From a virus (Duplodnaviria > Caudoviricetes): a DNA stretch of 38,259 nucleotides. The stretch's first letter is position 1; the number at the start of each line of letters is the position of its first letter. Below are positions 1 to 7,559 of the stretch, piece by piece. A program made the position numbers and the translations under genes. The stretch spans positions 1-38,259 of the IMG/VR virus record IMGVR_UViG_3300044740_000016; one strand, written 5' to 3'. The notes under the pieces were generated by a model. That model was not told the origin of the DNA, made no database searches, and was given only the letters and a program-made list of their open reading frames with translations.

Positions 1-186
1 CGATGGTCATAACGACACTTATATTGACGATGAAGGAAAGCGTATTGTTGATTACGACATTATTCAGCGCTCTCGTCTGCGTGTTGATGCCAGGAAATGG
101 CTAGCGACGAAGCTTGCGCCGAAAGTGTATGGCGATAAGATTGAGCAAACCTTTCAGAATCCTGACGGAACTGCAATTAAAACCAA
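1..186 (+). repeat. Terminal direct repeat, left copy
   Basis: 1..186 equals 38074..38259 except G at 127 vs C at 38200. Confidence 0.97.
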
Positions 187-226
187 CATAGAAGTCACTT
201 TTAGGAGGCCAGATGACATTTCATGA
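2..226 (+). CDS. terS: Terminase small subunit, 3' part (continues from 37766 across the circular junction)
   Basis: Frame 2 reads DGHNDTYIDDEGKRIVDYDIIQRSRLRVDARKWLATKLAPKVYGDK...IEVTFRRPDDIS-stop. The RLRVDARKW..KLAPKxYGDK motif is typical of Sf6 gp1-like TerS. Confidence 0.9.
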   Translation, partial: DGHNDTYIDDEGKRIVDYDIIQRSRLRVDARKWLATKLAPKVYGDKIEQTFQNPDGTAIKTNIEVTFRRPDDIS

Positions 227-410
227 GCTTAAGTGGAAAGAGATAGTTCCAATTGTTTCGGAACTCCTGGTTCAGAAAAGCGCGCTGGAAGCGCAAATGG
301 CGTTAAAGCCAGCGTTTAGTAAGCGAAGATTATTAATGAGCGCCATTATTCAAATTGACGGGGTGCTTAATACTTTAGCTAAACTGAAAGAATCTCATGA
401 AACAGCCTAG
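213..410 (+). CDS. Hypothetical protein (65 aa)
   Basis: Strong AGGAGG SD inside the end of terS. Overlaps both terS and the next gene. Confidence 0.7.
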   Translation: MTFHELKWKEIVPIVSELLVQKSALEAQMALKPAFSKRRLLMSAIIQIDGVLNTLAKLKESHETA

Positions 411-1002
411 ACCTACCAACGAGATACAAGACCCTGCTATTAAGTTTATCAAGCTGCACTATGAAGCAGCGCGCATATTTGGCCCAAACATAAAACTTAA
501 TAAACCAGCTCAATTGGAACATGAAAAGGACATACTCGAACGCTTTAAATCAGAGCTTTATACGCTAGAAGTAGCAGCAGTAGAAATGGCAGAAAAGACC
601 GGATGGGATGCAGACCGCTGGCTTTCTGCGATTAAACAAGCTATCAAGCGAGGAGAATTACCGTTAAAAAACCCTATGGACTATACGGACAAACTTCCGT
701 ACGATGTTCCTGACAAGTTATGTAACTATTCTGACCTAGTGAGTGCAGTTGATTTCAACGCATGGTTAGCTGCTCACCCCGAATGGGGAGTTACAGCAAG
801 ATTGGGTTATGAAACAATAGATAATTTGAATCTTTCTATTCGCACAAGCAATTGCCTAAAGGCCGCAAAAATCTATCTGATTAATGAATTAATAACTTAC
901 AGTAATAATGAGTTATTTAAAATTCCGCTCCTTGGTCGTAAGTCATTGGAAGAAATCCATGAAGAATTAGCACGGCGAGGCTTAAAACTTTCTGATGGGT
1001 AG
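397..1002 (+). CDS. Protein with a C-terminal RNA polymerase alpha-CTD-like domain
   Basis: C-terminal IDNLNLSIRTSNCLKAAKIYLINELITYSNNELFKIPLLGRKSLEEIHEELARRGLKL aligns by eye with RpoA CTD (VDDLELTVRSANCLKAE.I..IGDL...EL.K.PNLG.KSL.EI...LA.RGL.L). The N-terminal ~140 aa are unrelated to RpoA. Confidence 0.88.
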   Translation: MKQPRPTNEIQDPAIKFIKLHYEAARIFGPNIKLNKPAQLEHEKDILERFKSELYTLEVAAVEMAEKTGWDADRWLSAIKQAIKRGELPLKNPMDYTDKLPYDVPDKLCNYSDLVSAVDFNAWLAAHPEWGVTARLGYETIDNLNLSIRTSNCLKAAKIYLINELITYSNNELFKIPLLGRKSLEEIHEELARRGLKLSDG

Positions 1003-1084
1003 TGAACCATACAGAGTGGTATTTTCCAAAATGGAAATAACCTCATATTATTCCCAGAATATGAATGGATGAAGGAGAATAAAA

Positions 1085-1501
1085 ATGAAACAAAAAAATG
1101 AAATAAAAACATTATCACTAACGCGAGAAGAAATATTGAAATTAAAGATAGTAGCTGCCCTCGGCGCTACTAATTCGCCGGAGGATGCTACTTTTTTCAA
1201 TAGCATACTTGCTAAATTAGAAGATTTATCAAAACAAGATAAATTGCAAGATGTGCCATTAAATGAAATGAAAAAATACAGCAATGTATGGGGCAACTTT
1301 AGAAAAAAATTTATCCAAATGAGATTAGATGAGGAACAACGCCGAAGGTTTGATTATATGAAGTATAAGCTTGAGATTGAGAGTGATGAGATGGCCATGG
1401 GAGTAGGCATCAGTTTATTGGAATGGGTGACGGAAAATGAACTTTGGGGCGAAGAATGTATAATGTGTGACAAACCGCCTACAGATAAAAATGAACATTG
1501 A
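1085..1501 (+). CDS. Hypothetical protein, possible C-terminal ribbon-helix-helix domain
   Basis: AGGAG SD. The segment FIQMRLDEEQRRRFDYMKYKLEIESDEMAMGVGISLL has an RHH-like strand-helix-helix pattern. Confidence 0.65.
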   Translation: MKQKNEIKTLSLTREEILKLKIVAALGATNSPEDATFFNSILAKLEDLSKQDKLQDVPLNEMKKYSNVWGNFRKKFIQMRLDEEQRRRFDYMKYKLEIESDEMAMGVGISLLEWVTENELWGEECIMCDKPPTDKNEH

Positions 1502-1865
1502 ACAAATCAAACACTGGATTGTGCTTAAGCGCCAGTTTATTGCGCTGGGCGCGACTGATTCCACTATCAACACCGATGTGGCGGAAAAGATGATGTTGTT
1601 AAATCAATTGATGGAATTCATCGAAATGCGTGAGCGCGAAACCATTGCGCCGAGAACAACGCGCTTTGGGAAAGCAATACGTGGATATTTTTCCAGGGTG
1701 CGGCTGTTTTTCGTGAAGAAACAGATTGAAAGCCATATTATTCAGTCAATCGAGGAATATAATAAAAAATCTATATATTCAAACTTACATGAAGGTAACT
1801 TTAAGGATGGTTATGACCTTGGCTATGCAAACGCCATCCGCATGATATTGCAATTTAATCTCTGA
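1491..1865 (+). CDS. Hypothetical protein
   Basis: ORF 1467..1865. The ATG at 1491, overlapping the upstream gene end, is the likelier start. Confidence 0.65.
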   Translation: MNIEQIKHWIVLKRQFIALGATDSTINTDVAEKMMLLNQLMEFIEMRERETIAPRTTRFGKAIRGYFSRVRLFFVKKQIESHIIQSIEEYNKKSIYSNLHEGNFKDGYDLGYANAIRMILQFNL

Positions 1866-1875
1866 GGACATTGGA

Positions 1876-2160
1876 ATGATGACAGACTCAAAATCTATTA
1901 ATGCCAACGTTCATTGCTTTACTAAACCTACACAAACAAGAACAGTTATTCATACGCCGCATGGTGATTATGATATTGGCACCGTGGAAAATGCCAGAGA
2001 TTTTGTGGCATTAATAGAAGATGGCCGACGTTATAGAAAGTTAAAAGAAAAAATATCCCAAGTTGGGGCATGGGATGTTCAATTATTAATCGAAGATGTA
2101 AACCTTGATGCTAGGCTCGATGAATTTATTAAAGATTCAATGAGACAGGCAGAGTGCTAA
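1876..2160 (+). CDS. Hypothetical phage protein
   Basis: 94-aa ORF with GAGGA SD, last gene of the rightward run. Confidence 0.7.
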   Translation: MMTDSKSINANVHCFTKPTQTRTVIHTPHGDYDIGTVENARDFVALIEDGRRYRKLKEKISQVGAWDVQLLIEDVNLDARLDEFIKDSMRQAEC

Positions 2161-2416
2161 TTCGCCAGCTCATTGCTTGAATGTGGTCGAGCAAAGATGC
2201 AGAGCCACAGTCTTACATAAGACATCTCAGCCGGTAGTGAGTTGGTGCATTGGCATTATTCCAGTTACAAATGAAAACGGACACACCCGGTTACACCAGG
2301 TTATGTCCGCCGACCTGGCATTCCCAATCCCGATAAAATTATAACTCAATCCGCGGTCTTGTTTCCATCAAATTGACACCATATGTTTGTAAAACTGATT
2401 TTTATCGACATATCTT

Positions 2417-2563
2417 CTAGATATTTCGTTTGAAGCGACATATCCATTTCATTCGGTAGTTAGTGGGCGATGGATAAATCGGGGAAAATGGTGGCGGTTC
2501 GAAAAGGTGCAGTTGCTCAGCATTCGCCCCGGTATAAGTGTGGAAGCTTGCCGGGGTTTTCAT
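2417..2563 (-). pseudogene. 48-aa ORF coupled to the AlpA-like gene, probably a truncated remnant
   Basis: Manual translation MKTPASFHTYTGANAEQLHLFEPPPFSPIYPSPTNYRMKWICRFKRNI. ATGA overlap with the stop of 2560..2793. Confidence 0.45.
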
Positions 2564-2793
2564 TTTTCACTCCTGCTTAGGAGTGCTGCGATTTCAGCAA
2601 CCGGCCACAACAAGCGGTTCCCAAACTTTACTGGACGGATGCCAAAGCATTCGCCGGTGAGGCAATAATTTCTGCGAATCGTTTGACTTGCTCGGTTTGT
2701 GGCTCGAGCAAATTCGTCTGTTTGAATATGGTCTCTGCCAGCAGCAACCGCGGCAAGTGTAGGTAGAATTGAAGCGATAACGTGCGTTGCCAT
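2560..2793 (-). CDS. AlpA/excisionase-like winged-helix DNA-binding protein
   Basis: IQTDEFARATNRASQTIRR...IRPVKFGNRLLWPVAEIAALL is a Xis/AlpA-like pattern. AGGAGG SD upstream. Confidence 0.8.
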   Translation of the reverse strand: MATHVIASILPTLAAVAAGRDHIQTDEFARATNRASQTIRRNYCLTGECFGIRPVKFGNRLLWPVAEIAALLSRSEK

Positions 2794-2890
2794 TTTCCCT
2801 CCTGTTAGGTTCGCGTCCCTGCGACTATTCGCAGTTCAACGCGTGGCAACGCTATTAAAATTGTTTACTTACTTTTCACAAATATGGGCG

Positions 2891-2940
2891 GGCAGTAACG
2901 GGCGTTAATGGATACTAACGGGCATTAGCGGGCAGTCGGA
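2891..2940. repeat. Five 10-bp phased imperfect direct repeats upstream of the AlpA-like gene
   Basis: ggcagtaacg ggcgttaatg gatactaacg ggcattagcg ggcagtcgga. Confidence 0.8.
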
Positions 2941-3062
2941 CTCATGCGCTTCCGAAGAGAATCTTTTTTAAAATACGCATATCATCCATTTGACAAGCAA
3001 TTGGAATGCCTTCCGGGATTTCTAATCTTTCACAAGTGCACTTAATCTCATCCAAGTTCATT

Positions 3063-5126
3063 TTAACCCCTTTCCTCTAGAGCGCCATTATTGGCTTCAC
3101 TCAAATTGCCCATCTTCGCCAATAAAATAGCCAAATGAGCGCGTATTTCTTCCACCGTAATCGCTTTTTTGTAGTCTAAGGCGGCGTCTTGCGCTTTAAC
3201 ATTGGTTTCTGTAACGATATCCTCCCGCTTAGTGCGGTCTTGCGTCTCAATATCATGGGTTTTAACCAATAAGCGCATGTGTTCGCGGTTCGTTTCTGCG
3301 TTTTCCTTCATTTGCTCAATATCGGAACGCGACTTGATAATCATTTGTTGCGCTTGCAATTGTTGCTGTGATTGTTGTAATTGCGCTTGCAATTGCTTAA
3401 TCATCATCTGAACCTTAGGTGGTATGTCAGACTTATCATCAATTTGCGCTAATGGGTTAGCAGCAGCTAATCGGTCAGCGATGATATCGGCACCAGGGAA
3501 ATTCATATTGCGGAAGATGAGGTCACCAGCGACTTGCATAATCTGCGGTGCAGATTGCATCATTGTTGTCATGGCGTCAACGGCGGCCTCACGTTTGGAG
3601 TTATAGTCTGGCCCTGCTTCCATATCGATATCATAAGTCCCGACAGTGACGTCATTTAAAACTTCATTGACTGCAAAGCTGGTGCTTTGTTGGTTGATGG
3701 TCACCAAATCTGGCTTACCGTCCTCTCCGATGATGCGCATGACGCGCTCGGTATCATAGATATGCGGCAATAAATCCAAAATGATGCGACCAGCATATTT
3801 CACGGCCCGTGTGAAGTTGTCATAGAGATGAAAGTTAGACTGGTCAGATTGCATCTGCTCAGAGCGCAGCGCCACACCTGACTTTAAGCCAGATGGTTTG
3901 CCAATAGCTGGGTCATACACGCCTAATACCGCTTGTAAGTCATTACTGACGAGTTCTGATGCTTCAATGGCTCCCGCTGGCGGTGGTTCTGGCTGCATAC
4001 GTATTGGAGGGCCAACCTCTTTACCATCAATATCGGTGCTCTTATAGCGCAATACGGCACGGGCGGACAAGTTAGCGGTATTCCATTCATTCTCATGACC
4101 TTCGTCTTGTCCCTCAGCCATTACCCATTTGGCTTTTGGTGCCATGGCAATACTCTCGGTAATTGCTGTGCGCCAGAAATTGAATATCCTTTGTGGGTCG
4201 CGGGCAAAGCGCGTTAATCCAAACTTTCTACGCTTTCCATCCACAATCACATTTTCAGCATAGACAGGCACGACAGGGATGTATTTGCCAGCCCAAGGCT
4301 TGGTCTCCAATACTTCAAAGGCACTTAAAATGCGCCACTCAATTTTGCATTTATAGCTATCACGTGCACCGGCAATATAGATGCCTGAGCTTTTTAGTAA
4401 CTCTGGCGGAGGTAGTTCATCTTCCCAGATAATGCTTTTGTCAGAAAGCATAACCAATTTCTTTTTGACTTCCACCTTCTGGAAGTCTTCCGCTAAACGT
4501 ATTTCATCTTTAGTTACCCAATCGGTAGCTTCACCAGCAGCAGCAAAAAAACCATCTTCTACCGCCCCTGGGTATCTACGCCGGAATTCTTTTAAGCTAA
4601 TCAGGTCAGAAATGGAACAACGCCTTGCATCGCTGCCGTCTGGTGCCGTAGAAAATGGGTCATAAAATACAGTAAATGGATTCTCGATATGCTTGATGTA
4701 AATGTCCTGGTCAAATGACATTTCGTTGATATAGTCTGTCACGATACGGAAAAATCCCCACCCGCCGCGCGCCGCGAAGTTAAATGCAGTGGAATAAGCA
4801 TACGTCGCATCAGACTGCAATTGGATGTGCCTCAATAATCCGGTGATGACTTCTGCGATTTTGGGGTCAGCCACATCATCCATTGGAGACGCTTTCATGC
4901 GTGGATTTTGCTGCCGTAGTTTATTGGTTTCTTGACGGATAAAAGCATCGAGCTTATTAATCGTCATGTAGGGACGGCCTTCGACTTCGCGCGAGTTAAT
5001 GTTTTGTGTATCCCATTGCTCACCATAAGAGAAGCGGATATCATCTAACGCTTGATAGCGGTTCGTTGCGTCTATTTCTGTGCATTGGTCGATAAATTCG
5101 AGCACGTCACGAGGTTCAAAGGCCAT
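3063..5126 (-). CDS. Portal protein (P22 gp1-like)
   Basis: 687 aa with GEQW, RPYMTINKL, RFARDPQRIFNFW and NDVTVGTYDI motifs and a Q-rich coiled-coil C-terminal barrel. Directly downstream of terL. Confidence 0.93.
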   Translation of the reverse strand: MAFEPRDVLEFIDQCTEIDATNRYQALDDIRFSYGEQWDTQNINSREVEGRPYMTINKLDAFIRQETNKLRQQNPRMKASPMDDVADPKIAEVITGLLRHIQLQSDATYAYSTAFNFAARGGWGFFRIVTDYINEMSFDQDIYIKHIENPFTVFYDPFSTAPDGSDARRCSISDLISLKEFRRRYPGAVEDGFFAAAGEATDWVTKDEIRLAEDFQKVEVKKKLVMLSDKSIIWEDELPPPELLKSSGIYIAGARDSYKCKIEWRILSAFEVLETKPWAGKYIPVVPVYAENVIVDGKRRKFGLTRFARDPQRIFNFWRTAITESIAMAPKAKWVMAEGQDEGHENEWNTANLSARAVLRYKSTDIDGKEVGPPIRMQPEPPPAGAIEASELVSNDLQAVLGVYDPAIGKPSGLKSGVALRSEQMQSDQSNFHLYDNFTRAVKYAGRIILDLLPHIYDTERVMRIIGEDGKPDLVTINQQSTSFAVNEVLNDVTVGTYDIDMEAGPDYNSKREAAVDAMTTMMQSAPQIMQVAGDLIFRNMNFPGADIIADRLAAANPLAQIDDKSDIPPKVQMMIKQLQAQLQQSQQQLQAQQMIIKSRSDIEQMKENAETNREHMRLLVKTHDIETQDRTKREDIVTETNVKAQDAALDYKKAITVEEIRAHLAILLAKMGNLSEANNGALEERG

Positions 5127-5129
5127 GTT

Positions 5130-6383
5130 TTATCCCATCCATGATAATCGTTGTGGTTCTATTGGTTTGGGTCGTGGTTTGCGTGGTTCGCGCACCATTA
5201 ATCCAATCATCCTAAATGCGTCTGCGCCATGAGATGCCCAATTGTGCAGAGGCATTTTGCTAAACAGCTTTGTATCTTTGTCTACTTCGTACTGATAATG
5301 TCTTAAGCATTGGATACCGTCGGCGCAATTGGTTTTATCAAACCAACAAGCATTAAAAATAGTCCGAGCCGCATTGATGCTATCCACAATGGATGTTCGC
5401 GGAATCACGCGCACCTTTGCGCCGGTCGCTCGGACTATCTCCTCGATGCTGCGGCCATTCGCGGCCAGGGTTTTATTTTCAGCATCATGCGGAAGCCAGT
5501 CAGTGTCATAGAGATATCCATACTCTTGACCTTTTTTTAAATAATGGCTTATCGTTTTTTGGCAGTCTTCTTCGTACCGAATCAAACGATATTCCATTCC
5601 GACAAACTGCAAATACCAAATCGCTACATTGTCTGCCCATCCTAAGTCCCATACACGATGCACAGGCTTTGAAGCGTCATAAGGCACATTGGTAATGCGG
5701 TTTTCTATTTCAGCTACTTTCAATTCATTGCCAAAAATTGCCCCATCCACCGAGGTTTTACAGGCTCCTTCCCAAACATGCAGATATTCCTGGTAGTTTT
5801 GCTCTTTGAGATATTCCATTTCCTTACGTAAAACATCAGGAAACCATGGATTATCTGACCAGTTAATTTTGCATACGATAGAGTCTGGCGGAGGGTGTAC
5901 AACAAATCGTTGATACGTTTCATCCTCTTCTAACTCGGGGTTAAACGATATCCAAATTTCCGAACCCGCTTTACGAATGGTTGGAATTAACGTCTTCCAA
6001 CTTGAATAAGAGACATCAACTGCTTCTTCCACCCAAAAAATATCAATCCCTTCCGCTGATTTAATCTGCGATACGCCTGAGCGCCTCAGTCCACAGTAAC
6101 CAAATTCCGTACCATTCTTGCCAAAAATACCTGACTGCTGAACGTCATAAAACCATCCCAAACCCAATAGCTCAATTTGGTCGGAGAGAATTGTATGCAC
6201 AGAATCACGAATTGAATTCATGATTTCACGCCCACATTGAATCCTTAATTTCTTACTTGCACCCAAAATGAGCAATGCTCGAGCAATGCTCCAAGATTTC
6301 GCCCCACCACGTCCGCCATACATAATCTTGTAGCGCTTTGGTTCAAATAAAAACTGTAGTTTTTCAGGAAATTCAATCGGCAT
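5130..6383 (-). CDS. terL: Terminase large subunit (PBSX/Terminase_3 type)
   Basis: Walker A YGGRGGAKS, Walker B FWVEEA, SFNP, and nuclease motifs WDLGWAD and HGADAFR. Confidence 0.95.
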   Translation of the reverse strand: MPIEFPEKLQFLFEPKRYKIMYGGRGGAKSWSIARALLILGASKKLRIQCGREIMNSIRDSVHTILSDQIELLGLGWFYDVQQSGIFGKNGTEFGYCGLRRSGVSQIKSAEGIDIFWVEEAVDVSYSSWKTLIPTIRKAGSEIWISFNPELEEDETYQRFVVHPPPDSIVCKINWSDNPWFPDVLRKEMEYLKEQNYQEYLHVWEGACKTSVDGAIFGNELKVAEIENRITNVPYDASKPVHRVWDLGWADNVAIWYLQFVGMEYRLIRYEEDCQKTISHYLKKGQEYGYLYDTDWLPHDAENKTLAANGRSIEEIVRATGAKVRVIPRTSIVDSINAARTIFNACWFDKTNCADGIQCLRHYQYEVDKDTKLFSKMPLHNWASHGADAFRMIGLMVREPRKPRPKPIEPQRLSWMG

Positions 6384-6587
6384 TCATTTTTATTATTGTT
6401 ATTAAAAGTGCTTAAATATACTTAAATGTACGTAAAAGTACTGTAACTTCGTTTAACTTCAAAAATATTTCACCTATTGTAACTTAACGTGATAATATAT
6501 AAAGCAATTTCTTGTGATGGATGATGAGCGCCCATTACATGCCAAGCTTGCTCACCACTTGACGGGAAGTCATGCGAGGAAAACTCA
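6384..6587. promoter_or_regulatory. Divergent AT-rich control region between terL and scaffold
   Basis: Candidate minus-strand promoter TTGAAG(6462-6457)-N16-TACTTT and candidate plus-strand promoter TTTCAC(6468)-N17-GATAAT(6491). 10-bp phased repeats at 6407-6460. Confidence 0.55.
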
Positions 6588-7514
6588 ATGAGTACGACAG
6601 TAATAACAAGTGAAAATTCGGCGGAATTTTATGCCGCAAAGTTGAATTTAGCACCGATTGTCGAACAACCAATGGCTGACCCAGATACGTCAGAGCTTTC
6701 GGATATCGCAAACGTGGATGCCAATTCAGACGTCGTTCATGAAGAAGAACAAAAAGACGACGAGATTGCGCCAGAAAAGGAAGCCAAACAGCAGGAAAAA
6801 TCCAAATCGGAGAATCCCAAGCTGGAGAAACGTTTTTCTGAGCTGACACGTCAACGCGAAGACGCCAAACGCGAAGCGCAAGCTGAACGCGAAGCCCGTT
6901 ATGCTTTAGAAAGACGACTAGCGGAATTAGAAGCAAAAGTTAGTCCCAAGCAACAAGAAGCACCCAGGGATGAGGATGTTAGGCCGACGCCTGATAAATT
7001 TACCGATGCGTATAAATACGCTGAGGCTTTAGCAGATTGGTCGGCTAGAAATGCAATTAAAGAAGATAGAGCACGTCAAGCGCATTCACAGTTAATAAAT
7101 GGGTTCGTCGAAAAGCAAGCTGCTTTCAAAGCAGAAGTTGACGACTACGAGGATGCATTGAAAAGCAGTCAGGCTAATTTAGCCAATGAAGTGCGCGATG
7201 CGATTTATGAAAGCGATGTTGGCCCTCAGCTTCTTTATCATTTAGCAAAACATCCTGAAATCACCGATGCATGGGATAAAAAGCCGCTGGCTACAGTATT
7301 AAGAGAATTCGGTCGCTTGGAAGCGCAACTGTCCGCTGACAAATCCAAGCCAATTGCGGAAAAACCTGCTGCGAAACTAAGTAAGGCTCCTGCGCCTATT
7401 AGTCCGCTTAAAGCAGTGTCATCGGTTGCCGATGTTCCAGTTGATGCCAATGGCGAATTCACGGGAACTTTCCAGCAATACGTCGCATTGAGAAAGGCTG
7501 GCAAAATCAAATAA
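6588..7514 (+). CDS. Capsid scaffolding protein
   Basis: Acidic, coiled-coil 308-aa protein immediately before the coat gene, ending SKAPAPISPLK...YVALRKAGKIK. Confidence 0.85.
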   Translation: MSTTVITSENSAEFYAAKLNLAPIVEQPMADPDTSELSDIANVDANSDVVHEEEQKDDEIAPEKEAKQQEKSKSENPKLEKRFSELTRQREDAKREAQAEREARYALERRLAELEAKVSPKQQEAPRDEDVRPTPDKFTDAYKYAEALADWSARNAIKEDRARQAHSQLINGFVEKQAAFKAEVDDYEDALKSSQANLANEVRDAIYESDVGPQLLYHLAKHPEITDAWDKKPLATVLREFGRLEAQLSADKSKPIAEKPAAKLSKAPAPISPLKAVSSVADVPVDANGEFTGTFQQYVALRKAGKIK

Positions 7515-7559
7515 TGGTGCGGGAGCCTTAAATATTAACGTATTTAAGGAGCTTCCAAA

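Noticed and set aside
2337-2346. AATTATAACT, matching half of the CI operator
   Set aside because: The second half-site (GTTATA) is missing, so it is probably a chance AT-rich match.
51-6600. TACGAC hexamers near 53 and 6594 as integrase sites driving the terL-portal inversion
   Set aside because: These are single 6-9 bp matches inside coding sequence, expected by chance, with no core homology or inverted repeat.
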